Assembly: GCF_001194135.2 (NCBI RefSeq)
Contig: NC_068984.1
Span: 4,734,477-4,798,476 of the forward strand
Reading direction: 5' to 3'
Source: Octopus bimaculoides
Lineage: Eukaryota
Length of the DNA stretch: 64,000 bases
The notes below the pieces were generated by a model. It was not told where the DNA came from, did not search any database, and saw only the letters and a program-made list of their open reading frames with translations. The translations under genes were made by a program, and so were the position numbers. This document shows, piece after piece, positions 50,100 through 63,536 of the stretch (within the stretch, counting starts at the first letter, position 1; every line of letters starts with the position of its first letter).

Positions 50100-51549
50100 A
50101 ATGGAAAATTTTTGTTAGTGTGAGAACTTATATCCATTTGTGTGAATTAAATATGAGGCTCTATACATTCTGGTCAAAGTGATCTCCAGCATGCATTTAG
50201 GGTGGATGGCTTTAATTTGGATAAAACCAGGGCAGCATATATAACACAATTATAGTATATTTTTTCCATGCTTGAATGATTGAAGCGTACCATTTTTTTC
50301 TAGTTCATCTATAATATATTCAAATATTCGTTGGATATAATATGATTTGAATGTTGAAATTATATCCTGATCAAGCGGTTGAATAGGTGGCAAGAATACG
50401 ACTTTTACATTCGGATGTTCCAAATCTGGATGACCGGGTGCATTGTCTATAAGTAAAAGGACTTTAAACTAAAGACCGTTATCTTCCATATACCTTCTTA
50501 CTTCAGAAACGAAGCTGTTGTTAAACCATTCCGTAAATATTTCTGCTGCCGTCCATGGTTTTTGATTGGCTCTCCAATGAACTGGCAATTTACGTAAGTC
50601 TACGCCTTTAATTGCACGTGGACGAACTGATCAATTAATTAATAACGTTTTTAACAAACAATCTCCTGAAGCGTTGCTACATAACAAGAAAGTTACACAG
50701 TCTTTAGCTGCCTCGAAACCATTGGCGCTTTTCTCTGATTTTGCTACACACGTTCCGTTTGGCATTTTTTTCCGAAAGAAACTAATTTCATCTGCGTTGA
50801 AACTGTCTGAAATGTAACCGCCCTCTTCAATTATTTTGGCTAATTTTGGAAGAAATTCTTCAGCAGCAGTCTTATCTGCCGATAGAATTTCACCTCTCAT
50901 TTTCATATTACGAAGTGAGTCTCTTTCGAGGAATTTTGTACTTGCAGCAATTTCATTCTTTTTTTTTTTATCACAAGACACATACAACGCACTTGATGAC
51001 TCCAGATCATTAATCTTCTTGTAAAATCGTAATGCCATCTCTTTTATGGTTTTACCATCTAATGGTATCCTTTTTTGATTGTTTGCTTCTATCCGTATTA
51101 TTAAAGCTTTCTCCATTTTTCTTGAATCGTGTCTCTTGTATATGACGACGACTTGGCGGACAATTTTGTTCCAGAAGCTACAAATCTTCTAATAGCAGCA
51201 TCATTCCTTTTGATCGTTTTTATCGTAGCTTCGTTCAGGCAGAAAGCTTTACTCAAGGACACTGCACTTTCGCTCTTACGAAGACGATCCAAAATATTGA
51301 TCTTGGTCGCCAAAGAAATTGATGCTCTTTTATTTTTCTTAGATGTATCAGCCGACATTTTAGGGTAGGTTATCACTATCACGACCGCAAATAAAAAATA
51401 GAGCAGAAGATGAAGCAGGCGACACGTCTTTCGTATTAGACCCGATGCTAACGACTACCGCCGCGCGCCGTCTGATGGAGCGGTTACACACAGCCAGAGG
51501 TATGTACAGTACATAGGCCCAACCCACACCGGAGAGTGGGGGATCACTG
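50100..51549 (-). mobile_element. Tigger/pogo-family transposon with disrupted transposase, 3'-truncated
   Basis: TA|CAGTGATCCCCC terminus at 51549. CENP-B-type HTH (ISLATKINILDRLRKSES..NEATIKTIK), FNADE, KDCVTFLLCSNASGD, LLLIDNAPGHP, QPLDQDII and KPSTLNACWR motifs lie in broken frames. Confidence 0.9.
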
Positions 51550-52039
51550 TACAGAAAAAAATAGATTGGATTCTATTTTACTTTTCTAAATTGTTACTTA
51601 CTTAATTATGTTACGTTGAGTTCTGGCGTTTTGTAAATTATAATTGATTGATGTTACTTAATCGCTTACTTGCCATTTGCAATAGATTCCGTGGTCACAC
51701 AAGGACAGATGTTTAAACCGTATTAAAGTAAAAAAAAAAAATAGTGTAAAAAAATAATCGGTTCTTCTCGTTGGACCGTGTTATTTGAAAACTGAAATAT
51801 ATTTGTGTGTGTGGGTGTGTCTACCAATTTTATTTCTACAGCGACTGCCTCCTCATCCTTTCTGTTTTTCTCTTTCTTTTATCTCCTTTCTTGACCATGA
51901 AGAATCGGTAGGAAGCAGTATGTATGTATACGCACATTATGCGGTATGTAAGCAGTACATATATGTGTGTGTGTGTGTGTGTGCATATGTATATGAATAT
52001 ATATATGTGTATATATACATATATATATGCATATTCTTT

Positions 52040-52250
52040 TATTCTTTTATTTGTTTCAGTCATTTGACTGTGGCCATACTGGAGCACCGCATTTAGTTGA
52101 GCAAATCGACCCTAGGACTTATTCTTTGTATACCTAGTACTTATTCTATCGGCCTCTTTTGCCGAACCGCTAAGTTACGGGGGCGCAAACACACCGGCAT
52201 CGGTTATCAAGCAATGTTGGGGGGACAAACACAGACACACAAACACAGAT
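52040..52250 (-). mobile_element. SINE family A right arm
   Basis: TTTCAGTCATTTGACTGTGGCCATACTGGAGCACCGC...GCCGAACCGCTAAGTTACGGGG. Confidence 0.8.
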
Positions 52251-52895
52251 ACACGCATATATATATATATANNNNNNNNNNNNNNNNNNNNNNNNNNNNN
52301 NNNNNNNNNNNNNNNNNNNNNNNNNNNNNNNNNNNNNNNNNNNNNNNNNNNNNNNNNNNNNNNNNNNNNNNNNNNNNNNNNNNNNNNNNNNNNNNNNNNN
52401 NNNNNNNNNNNNNNNNNNNNNNNNNNNNNNNNNNNNNNNNNNNNNNNNNNNNNNNNNNNNNNNNNNNNNNNNNNNNNNNNNNNNNNNNNNNNNNNNNNNN
52501 NNNNNNNNNNNNNNNNNNNNNNNNNNNNNNNNNNNNNNNNNNNNNNNNNNNNNNNNNNNNNNNNNNNNNNNNNNNNNNNNNNNNNNNNNNNNNNNNNNNN
52601 NNNNNNNNNNNNNNNNNNNNNNNNNNNNNNNNNNNNNNNNNNNNNNNNNNNNNNNNNNNNNNNNNNNNNNNNNNNNNNNNNNNNNNNNNNNNNNNNNNNN
52701 NNNNNNNNNNNNNNNNNNNNNNNNNNNNNNNNNNNNNNNNNNNNNNNNNNNNNNNNNNNNNNNNNNNNNNNNNNNNNNNNNNNNNNNNNNNNNNNNNNNN
52801 NNNNNNNNNNNNNNNNNNNNNNNNNNNNNNNNNNNNNNNTAATGCCGGCATTACTTAGAAAATTTGCCAAAAAAATTATCAATAATTATTAATTT

Positions 52896-53270
52896 CAGGG
52901 TAAGAAAAATTTTAGAAATTTTTACTACCAGTGGCCTAGCGTGTAGAAAAATTAGTCAATAGACTATATAGGCGTACCTGTTGATGAAGACTTCGCCAAG
53001 CAAATTATTTTATTTGCTAATATAAAGTCAGAAACCATGGTCCAGGAGATAGATGGTAAATGTTTTTATTTTTCATTCCTTTCGAAATTTATCCCTAATA
53101 GTGGTTTGGATTTTGGCTATTCCTTGTAGCGTGCCCGGTATCCTATGATGGATACCTCTTATGTGTTTAAATGTACACTGTATTTATATGAATTATATAT
53201 AGTCTATGGACTAATTTTTCTACACGTTAGGCCACTGGCAGTAAAAATTTCTCAAATTTTTCTTACCCTG
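52896..53270. mobile_element. 375-bp foldback MITE with 75-bp TIRs
   Basis: 52896-52970 vs the reverse complement of 53196-53270 gives 71/75 identity. It starts CAGGGTAAGAAAAAT and has AT-rich flanks. Confidence 0.85.
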
Positions 53271-53784
53271 ATATTATTAATTATATACATATATATATAA
53301 TATACTGCTTACCACTCATTCTTCATGGTGAAGAAGAGAGATAAAAGAAAGGAAAAAGAAAAAGAGAAAGAATGAGGCGGCGGCAATGTAGAAGTAAAGA
53401 TGATAGATATATTCTATTGTAAAAGGTTCTATTTTATGATAGATTACATTAATCTAGAGTAGATTAGGCTATAATGCAGAATAAGTGTGGATATTACAAA
53501 CTTCTTTGCGGTTGATTCTAGTGAAGGAATTTAATGATCAAACGTGTGATAAATTAGTTTGAAATGAGAGGATATTCTTCTCCTCTTTTATAACTGTCAG
53601 ACCAAACAATTATAAGACATTTATTCCTCATCAAATTATTCCTTATGTCTTTTTATAATTAAGTAAAATAATGAAATAATCAATCGCTTTGTCTTTGTTT
53701 GTCAAATGTTTTGTTAGGTTAAGAAAAACTACAGGAGAAAAGATTGAGTAGGGGTTAACAGTTGGGAGATGTTTGTCCGACACT

Positions 53785-53829
<45 letters not shown>

Positions 53830-54574
53830 GGTGATATCAATATTATACTCTAAGGTTCTCAACGGGATCCATTTGGAGCTCGAGTGGGGCGTTTTGGAGC
53901 AAAGGGGATCCCTTGTACCAAAGAGCACCCTTTCGATAGACACCGTGTTGATCTCATAAGTGCCGCGTGGTGGAAATAAATGCAATTACCANNNNNNNNN
54001 NNNNNNNNNNNNNNNNNNNNNNNNNNNNNNNNNNNNNNNNNNNNNNNNNNNNNNNNNNNNNNNNNNNNNNNNNNNNNNNNNNNNNNNNNNNNNNNNNNNN
54101 NNNNNNNNNNNNNNNNNNNNNNNNNNNNNNNNNNNNNNNNNNNNNNNNNNNNNNNNNNNNNNNNNNNNNNNNNNNNNNNNNNNNNNNNNNNNNNNNNNNN
54201 NNNNNNNNNNNNNNNNNNNNNNNNNNNNNNNNNNNNNNNNNNNNNNNNNNNNNNNNNNNNNNNNNNNNNNNNNNNNNNNNNNNNNNNNNNNNNNNNNNNN
54301 NNNNNNNNNNNNNNNNNNNNNNNNNNNNNNNNNNNNNNNNNNNNNNNNNNNNNNNNNNNNNNNNNNNNNNNNNNNNNNNNNNNNNNNNNNNNNNNNNNNN
54401 NNNNNNNNNNNNNNNNNNNNNNNNNNNNNNNNNNNNNNNNNNNNNNNNNNNNNNNNNNNNNNNNNNNNNNNNNNNNNNNNNNNNNNNNNNNNNNNNNNNN
54501 NNNNNNNNNNNNNNNNNNNNNNNNNNNNNNNNNNNNNNNNNNNNNNNNNNNNNNNNNNNNNNNNNNNNNNNNNN

Positions 54575-54670
<96 letters not shown>

Positions 54671-54694
54671 GTTTCTGCTATAGGCAAAACGCCT

Positions 54695-55112
54695 GTTATT
54701 TGGGAGAGTCGATGGCATTAACCCCAGTACGTAACAGGTACTTATTTCATTGATCCAGAAAGGATGAAAGCAAAGTCGACCTCGGCGGAATTTGAACTCA
54801 GAACGTTAGCGACGGACGACATGCCACTAAGCATTTTGCCCGGCGTGTTAACGATTTTGCTAGCTGGACGCCTTAACAACAGCAACAACAACAACAATGG
54901 TTCCGAATTTTGGCACAAGGCCAGCAATTTTTCGAGAGGGGATAAATCGATTACATCGGCCCCAATGATCAAATGGTTCTTATTTTGTCGACCCCGTGAG
55001 GATGGAAGGCAAACTCGACCTCGGTGGAATTTGAACTCAAAACGTGAAGACGGACGAAATAGCATTAAGCATTTTGCCCAGCGTGCTAACGATTCCGCCA
55101 GCTCACCGCCTT
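54695..55112 (-). mobile_element. Two tandem SINE family B copies separated by (AAC)n
   Basis: Repeated CCTCGG(C/T)GGAATTTGAACTCA...GCATTTTGCCC blocks at ~54770-54870 and ~55010-55112. Confidence 0.8.
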
Positions 55113-55137
55113 AACAAAGACAACGACGACGACGACG

Positions 55138-55186
<49 letters not shown>

Positions 55187-55187
<1 letters not shown>

Positions 55188-55430
55188 TTGCAATTTGAAA
55201 TTACAAGAATTTGGAATATGAAAACAGTAAATGTTGTGTTTCTAGTAATTGGTACATTGTGAACTGTAAGCAAAGATAGAGGCCAAAGGTTGAAAGAGAT
55301 TGGAATGGAATGTCCTGTAGAGCTTCTGCAGAAAGTTTGCTTCTTAGGGACAGGGGAGATGATCAGGAGGGTTCTAAACATTTGAAAGACTATTGAAGGC
55401 TAAAGGATACCTAAGGTTACGGGTAGTAAG
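55187..55430 (+). mobile_element. R4/Dong-type RLE LINE extreme 3' fragment
   Basis: LQFEITRIWNMKTVNVVFLVIGTL*TVSKD..LKEIGMECPVELLQKVCFLGTGEMIRRVLNI*, preceded by (AAC)n. Confidence 0.8.
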
Positions 55431-55477
55431 CCACTACCCGTATAAATTCTACCAGGAATAAAAACGAACCTGAGTCC

Positions 55478-55524
<47 letters not shown>

Positions 55525-55854
55525 CCACCAGCACCAGCACCAGCACCACCACACCACCNNNNNNNNNNCGCCACCGCCGCCACCGCCGCCGCCACCGCCG
55601 TCATCATCATCATCATCATCATCAACAACAATAGCAATAATGTTTTGAAATTTTGGTACAAAACCAGTTTTTATTCGCTCGACTAGGTAGAAAGAGCAGT
55701 TAAATCTCCCTCGAATCTCACTTAAAGGAAAGATACATTCATTAATGTAACTCTTGATACATCTAAACAACGAGATGGTCACGGTTAGAATACCATTCAT
55801 GAACAAGTATATTCGATCAGTGTCGACCCTGTGTTAAGCAACAACTACAATATT

Positions 55855-56085
55855 TATTTCTTTATTGCCCACAAGGGGCTAAACATAGAGGGGACAAACA
55901 AAGCCAGACAATGGGATTAAGTCGATTACATCGACCCCAGTGCGTAACTGGTACTTATTTAATCGACCCCGAAAAGATGAAAGACAAAGTCGATCTCGTT
56001 GGAATTGGAACTCAGAACGTAACTGCAGACGAAATACCGCTAAGCATTTCGCCCAGCGTACTAACGGTTCCGCCAGCTCACCACC
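55855..56085 (-). mobile_element. SINE family B, full length
   Basis: TTTCTTTATTGCCCACAAGGGGCTAAAC...GCATTTCGCCCAGCG...CCGCCAGCTCACCACC. Confidence 0.85.
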
Positions 56086-56541
56086 CTTCAACAACTACAA
56101 TATTGGCGTAGAAAACAGGACAGGTAGGTGATAACAACACGTAGCACAGACAGTGTTTGTAAATGATTTTATTTTAGTTTGTAAAGTGATAATATTTAAG
56201 ACATGACTCAACACTTCAATAAGTACGGTCTAACCATATGGATATTATTAACGAACATGAACCGAGAAAATATATCGAATGTATCAAAATATATAAAATA
56301 TATAAAAATATTTAAAAAAACGTATAAAAATATGTTGAATGTATAACGTATATAAATAAGAGTACTTTTATATACCATGAGTTCTTATGAGACATCCTTT
56401 CAATATGGCAGTTTTCTGTGTCCTAACATAACATCCACGTTACGAAGATCAACATTACCTTTTGGTATTCATACTGCATTTGTCGCTATGGATAATATAT
56501 ATATATATATATATAAACCATTTATATATATATTATATATA

Positions 56542-57422
56542 CAGGCGCAGTGGATAAATTGTCGTCTAAATTACGCAAAAATGAAAATAACACTGACATC
56601 TCATTTTAACAGATATATTTACCAAAATTACATAAAAATATCTTGAAATACTAAAGAGTAAATTTATTCAGTAAAATCGCTATTGACTTCAACCTCGGCC
56701 TCCAGACGACTTCGGAATCTCCTGCAAGTCTTCTAGATGGTCTCCTTGTTTTAGTTGGTGAATGCTGCTGTAATCTTTGCCTTCAGTTTATCTTTGGTGT
56801 TACAAAGAGTTTTGTTCGTGTCTCGCTCAACTGCACCCCACACAATATAAATCAAGGAGGTTGCAATCTGGAGAGTTAGATGGCCAGATGTTAGGGGTGA
56901 TGTGGTCGCAGAAATTGTCTGACAGTCATGACTTGTGTGACATGGGGAAGAATCCTGTTGACAGACATAGGGTTTTCCAGCAGCCACCCTCTTCACCCAG
57001 GGCACCTCTACCTCCTCCAGGCACTTGATGTAGGCCTCTGTGTTGCCGTGTGGGAAGATGAATGGAGGCATAACGTTGCCATCACTAGTGATCACTCCAA
57101 ACACCATGATGTTGACTGGATGTTTGATTTTTATCACTCTCAGTACATGTCCTCAGATTGCACCGTCCTCAGATTGCACCGTCCTCAGATTGACACTCAA
57201 ACACTGAAATGTTCGTATTAAAGTTTTCGGCGCAAATGCCAAGCAGTACAGACAGCATGCCGTTTCCAAATTTCTGGCAGAGTGAATTGCATCAAGGTGC
57301 TGTTTTTCTCACAGATGGTGCCCAACTGACCCTACTGTACTGCATAGCCAACAAAATCAAGAACAATGTACATGCGCGAAATAAAAAATATAATATGGCG
57401 ACAATTTACCCATCGCACCCTG
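56542..57422 (-). mobile_element. Internally deleted Tc1/mariner-superfamily element (maT/DD37D-like by motif) with both TIRs and TA TSD
   Basis: TA|CAGGCGCAGTGGATAAATTGTCG ... CGACAATTTACCCATCGCACCCTG|TA. Transposase C-terminal remnant at ~56690-57137: KHPVNIMVFGVITSDG..QQDSSPCHTS..VWGAVER..CRRFRSRLEA. Confidence 0.9.
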
Positions 57423-57596
57423 TATATGTGTATTTAGTGGAAAGAAACGCGGGGCAAGTGTTTCGGCCCTTAACTCCTGACACTCTCGAGGGGTTGGGCC
57501 ACACCTGAGTCATGACTCCCGGATGTCCACCTGCTGTCCGTTTTAGTACACCTTAGGTGGGATTGATTTCTCTGGTTTCTAGCACTGCTATGACGT

Positions 57597-57641
<45 letters not shown>

Positions 57642-58070
57642 NNNNNNNNNNNNNNNNNNNNNNNNNNNNNNNNNNNNNNNNNNNNNNNNNNNNNNNNNNN
57701 NNNNNNNNNNNNNNNNNNNNNNNNNNNNNNNNNNNNNNNNNNNNNNNNNNNNNNNNNNNNNNNNNNNNNNNNNNNNNNNNNNNNNNNNNNNNNNNNNNNN
57801 NNNNNNNNNNATATATATATATATATATATCTTCGCTATTATGCTTTTATATCGTAAGTCCAAAACGTTTCTTTTTCAGAAAATAAATAAATAGTTTCAC
57901 CATTCCGTTGTACTACACTTTGATAATTTTCGATATCTTGGCATCGAAAGCAGCTGGAGATACGATAGTTTGACCAAAAGAACCGGCTATTGCAAGCAAA
58001 AATAAATATTAAAAGAAAAACGCATTTGGCCAAAAGTTGGACGTACGACAGTTTAACATAATAGCAACAA

Positions 58071-58116
<46 letters not shown>

Positions 58117-59347
58117 GGGAAAAAGATAGGTAGATAGATATAAATATATAAAATGTATAAAGGTATATAGTCCCCATCCTTTCGTTTATTGTTTAACTTT
58201 TGCCTGTTTCCTTAATTAGAGTGCGGCCATGAGGGAGCACCTCTTTGAAAAGTTTAGTTGAAAAAGATCGATTCCAGTATGGCAGCATTCTAATAACTAG
58301 CAATAGGAAAAGAATATACCGTCGAATTCCCTTTTTAACCATTTAATATCTTTCTCTTTCAGAAATCCTTAAATTACTTCGCAGCGTTTCTTGAAGCTTT
58401 AGGTTATGGGTTCAAATATTGCCAAAGTTGACTTTGCCTTTCGTTTTCCGAGGTCGATAAAGTAAGTTCCAGTTGAGTACTGGAGCCGATGTCATCGACC
58501 TTCTTCCTATCCTACAATTTTTGACTTTGTGCCAAATATTTGAAATCATCATCGTCTGTTTTTCCTTGTCTTCCTTTGTTAAATTGAATTCAATTATGAT
58601 TTCTGACAATTTGGCTGTTTATATTTTGTTTTCCCCATTGTCTTTTCATAGACACAGAAGCATATATTCACCGCTCTAAACAAACAGCAGACATTACTAT
58701 TTGATAGCCACGATAATACTTACTAATTTGTTTTTAATATCATTAAACTAATTTATAAAACATCTTGGCAATTTATCATGATCAGTCACTGCGCAGTCAT
58801 AATAAGTGGGCAATGTTTTATGATGTGCCAAGTGAATATTACCAAAGTGTTGCTTTCATTGTTGGTGCTGTGTATATGTAGAATAAAGTGTTCTTGTTTG
58901 ATACTGTAGATATAGTGAAGTGTAAGAAGTAAAATAATGCATTTTGTAAGTAGACGCAGTGTGTCGTGTGCCTCGGCAGACGTCGACACAAAAGTAACGT
59001 TTGACGTTGATAGACTATGTTTATTTACGATGTTCAAACGATGTATACTTTTCAAGACACACAGAACGTTGAACTGTACTCGTCTGTGTTTCTGTCTGTC
59101 ATTCTGTCAGGCTGTATCTTTACCATACACACATACATATGCACACACCACATATGCACACATTCATTATATCACACGTGCAGGCACTTTACACAAGAAC
59201 GTGCATACATACACACAACAAAATTTCAAATCTCTATACAAACGTGCTGAGACAAACACACACGCAAACGTAGACTTACGTATGCTACCAGTTTCAACTG
59301 TTGCTTTCTCAAGGATTGGCTAAAAGTAATTAGCTGCGAACACCGGT

Positions 59348-59387
<40 letters not shown>

Positions 59388-59574
59388 AGAAACACATGCT
59401 TACATGTACACATACATTGTCTTGGGAATTATTTTAAAGTGCATACAGTAGTGGGGCCCTGGTTTGAGAGTTCTTAGGCTTTGAGGAGTGTGGAAAAATC
59501 TCTTAACCATTATTGTTCCCGTGTCTATTTTGAACCGGAGTAGTAGCATCCATCAATGTTCTAGTTATGGGTTA

Positions 59575-59790
59575 ATTCTTTTCTACTCTAGGTACAAGGC
59601 CCGAAATTTTGGGGGAGGGGTCCAGTCGATTAGATGGACCCCAGTATGCAACTGGTAATTAATTTATCGACCCCGAAAGGATGAAAGGCAAAGTCAACCT
59701 CGGCGAAATTTGAACTCAGAATGTAGCGACGGGCGAAATGCCGCTGAACATTTCGCCCGGCGTGCTAACGATTCTGCCAGCTCGACGCCT
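59575..59790 (-). mobile_element. SINE family B
   Basis: GGTACAAGGCCCGAAATTTT...CATTTCGCCCGGCGTGCTAACGATTCTGCCAGCTCG. Confidence 0.85.
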
Positions 59791-59809
59791 TTTAGTTATG
59801 GGTTAATTA

Positions 59810-60210
59810 GCATGTCCCAAATTGCCTCTGGAAGAAGGCCCTTCACAAACACTGCAACGAAGCCAGGCTGATTAAGGCCATTTAGCCCTCTTATCTGCTC
59901 ATCGAAGAGAAGGTAAGTCCATATAAATCCTGCATCCTGATAACTTGGCACTTGCTGCACCAGACTTATAGAAGTTTGAAGGACAAGAGAGCGGGATTAG
60001 CTCTGCACAAACTATTAACCCACGCGAATAATAAACACCCACTGCCTTTTGGGACAATCTATTGAACGTTTTGAAAATATTCAAGGTGTAAACTCCTACA
60101 GAACATCCCGAAGGCGAGATCAGAATGCTGATATGTACGGCCATACTCAATCAATATCTGGCATCCCTTGCAATTCTATGGATGCTGCGAACATATTGGC
60201 TTATGTTTCC
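59810..60210 (+). mobile_element. Possible decayed I/Jockey-like LINE ORF2 linker fragment
   Basis: Broken frames give W.K..HCNEARLIKAI..YKSC..DNLAL..TYRSLK..INP..PTAFWD..ANILA. Weak similarity only. Confidence 0.3.
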
Positions 60211-60470
60211 TTCTTTGAGTATTAATTAGTGAAAAGATGGATGAGTGTAGTTGAGGAGAGGCATTTGGTTCTGAAAACAACCCAGGCAAAGCTGAGGGGC
60301 TTTTAAGTAACTGACTCTGCAATAGTGTCGACTAATGACGGAAAAGGACAACCACACACACACACACACGAACATACAATGACACGCACACACGAACACA
60401 CGCACACACGAACACACGCACCCACATATCCACGCATGCACACGCGCACGCGCACGCACACGCGCACGCG

Positions 60471-60523
<53 letters not shown>

Positions 60524-60693
60524 TCAGACGTGCATCAAATCCGATGACAATCCCCTTCATTTAATTTATTCCGGTCCCTACGGGAGACAAATCCAACTTT
60601 ATGCCGGCTAGGCTGCTCGGTGCCATTATGTTTATCTGTCTCAGTCGACGAGTTGGCAGAATTGTTAAGACGCCGAGCAAAATGCTTAGAGGC

Positions 60694-61009
60694 AGTAGCG
60701 GACTGGGTCTAAAAATATTGGTTGCCAGGAGACTAAGGGGACCCACCCACAACTACAAGGGGGCCCACCCGCAACTACAATGCTATCATTTATTATTTTT
60801 TTTTTGGTTAAAAGTATTCTTTTCAACTGTCTACAAACACAGCCAGGCTGAAATAATTAATGCATTCTTCCAGGAGTGAATAAAAAATTCTCAAACTTGA
60901 GGGGATGAGCCCCTTAGATACTAACACGGGCCCCCATATATGGATTCTAATGGTGCAGGGGCCCACTTGCCATCTGCAAAGCTGGCAACGTGGCCAGTTC
61001 GCAACTACT
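60694..61009. mobile_element. MITE nested in a family B SINE
   Basis: TIRs AGTAGCGGACTGG and rc AGTAGTTGCGAACTGG. Flanking duplication TTAGAGGC (60686-60693) / TTAGCGGC (61009-61016). The host SINE resumes exactly after the insertion. Confidence 0.75.
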
Positions 61010-61244
61010 TAGCGGCATTTCGTCCGTCTTTACATTCTGAGATATAATTCCAACAAAGTCGACTTTGCTTTTCATCTTTTCGGGATCGATAAAATAAGTA
61101 CCAGTTGAGTACTGGGGTCAATGTAATCGACTTAATCCCCTCCCCACCGGGAAATTGCTGGCCTTGTCCGAAAATCCGAAACCATTATATTTACCTGTTA
61201 ATATTAGATGTTTTTGAAAATATGAGTAAATACACACACATGCG

Positions 61245-61285
<41 letters not shown>

Positions 61286-61531
61286 TTACTGGCTTCAAAT
61301 TTTGGCACAAGGTCAGCAATTTCTGGGGAGGTTGTTTAATCGATTACATCGATCCCAATCCTCAAATGATACTTATTNNNNNNNNNNNNNNNNNNNNNNN
61401 NNNNNNNNNNNNNNNNNNNNNNNNNNNNNNNNNNNNNNNNNNNNNNNNNNNNNNNNNNNNNNNNNNNNNNNNNNNNNNNNNNNNNNNNNNNNNNNNNNNN
61501 NNNNNNNNNNNNNNNNNNNNNNNNNNNNNNN

Positions 61532-61572
<41 letters not shown>

Positions 61573-61681
61573 TGAAGAAAACAGCATGGGGCTGAATAAC
61601 AACATGGATGTGCTACACCGGGCTCCCTATCCAAAAACAAATCTAATCCAATAACATCGATGGAATTAGGCAAAAGAACCG

Positions 61682-61739
<58 letters not shown>

Positions 61740-61899
61740 GTTTTTTTTCTTCAAATCTTCTATTTCTCGCCGAGTGTTTTCCGTAAACCTAGGGCAGAGA
61801 AGCTCATTGTATGCATTCCCAGTTTACACATGCAAATTCACAGGTAAAATATGTCTGTAAAAAAATCAATACTTAGCATAACACAAATATTAAAGGGGA

Positions 61900-63000
61900 T
61901 AGCGAGTCACGTTGGAAAATTCCTCTCTTGATATTAACTTTCCCTTTGAGTGTCATTTGAATAGGGATCTACTTTCCATTTCTTCATGCTAAAGCTAATT
62001 AATTCTCTTATGGTGTCTGCAATACTGGCTCTACTCAAACATTCACTTACCCATGAGTGTGAAATCATGTCATAGCCTTTCTTATAATAATCTATTCAGG
62101 CTATCATTACGGTCTTCTTTCTAGATTTCACTTTATATTGAACTGCTTTGTCTCTGTATAATAGATTATACGTTCCTCTAGCCTTCTTCCTGCAATCTTT
62201 CTATTCTTCTGGCAGCAAATTCTGGCTATCAAGGTGCTTGTAAATGCTTTCTGAAAGCATTCCTGTTCACAGATCCCACACTAATGGTAAACAAGGGATT
62301 GGTCTATAATTACTAACTATATTGCCCTTGCTTTTGCATTTCATAAGGAGTACTGTTCTCCCTCTAGTCATCCAATCTCGTATTACTCCCACATTCAGGC
62401 AATCCGGAAGTTGTTTCCTCTGTCGCCCATGTAAGCTATTAGGTGCTCTTTAACGAGTACTCTTGTACTAAATCTGGTCGTGGGCCCTTCCAATCCAGAA
62501 TTCTTCCTAACACTTTATCATTAATGCTCTAGTTAATCTTAGATCTGGCTGTTTCTCACCCACTACTTCTTCCCTCACTTTATTTAACCATGCTGCAACT
62601 CCATTATAATTGATTGGTTATCTCAAATATTACCCCAGGACTTTTTAGCTTCTTCTGCATTAGGTTTCGCATCTTCAATACTTCCTTCTACACTATTTAT
62701 TTGGTTATAAAATCTCATTTGGTCTGTCTCAAACAATCTATTCTGTTGATACTGATCTATTCTTTTCTTATATCTGGAAAGCTTACCAGCAATTGCTATT
62801 ATAAGCTGTTTCAACTCTTCCATGACTATTCCAAATCTCTTCTCTTTGACAAAGTATTTTGTCCCAAGAGAAGAATAAAATCTGGTGCTTGTTCAGTTTT
62901 CAGGCTTCTATTCTACTCAGGTCTTGTATTAAAGCATTCAGTTTATTTTCTAATCTCTTTCTACACATTTGCTCCTTCCTATTTTTTCCTTGAGGAATAC
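61900..63000 (-). pseudogene. R4/Dong-type LINE reverse-transcriptase N-terminal fragment
   Basis: EELKQLIIAIAGKLSRYKKRIDQYQQNRLFETDQMRFY...KAYDMISHSWVSECL...NIKRGIFQRDSLSPLIFV, in broken frames. Confidence 0.85.
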
Positions 63001-63004
63001 CTAG

Positions 63005-63536
63005 TCTGTGTAGGGAAAAGAGTGCATTGGGATGTTAGCCGAGTGTATGGGTTCAAAATAACAGAAAAATTGTATGAATACGAACCAGAGGCTGTGATAG
63101 AAAATGAGAATTAGAAGATCTTGTGGGACTTCGCTATAAAGACTGACTCACACAACTGAAGCAAGAAGACCGGATATGATTGCAGAGGACAAAATAAACA
63201 AAAGTGTAAAATAACAGATTTTGTAATTCCATATCAGAGTCAATGCCAACGAAATTGAAAGAAATGAGGAATATCAGGATCCAGCCAGAGAACAGGAGAC
63301 TGTGGAAGACCAAGACAACAATTATTCCTGTAGTAATTGGTGCACTTGGCACAAAACAGAAAATGCTACTTAAAAGACTAAAAGAAGTGGAAATGAAACT
63401 TCCATTGTTGACTTGCAGAAAAGTACCATCCTATATTCTGCAAGAATCCCAAGAAAAATTCTTGAGATTTGAGGAGACTTGATGTCACCAAACCTCAAGA
63501 TAAAGTACTTGCCAACTAACTTAGTATTCACTAGCA

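Noticed and set aside
58790-58951. Possible micro first exon ATGCATTTT|GTAAGT with upstream ACTGCGCAGT palindrome
   Set aside because: A three-codon exon plus donor can arise by chance; no supporting downstream exon.
59811-59917. Exon-like segment ending AAG|GTAAGT
   Set aside because: Stops in all three frames after the nearest AG; better explained as LINE debris.
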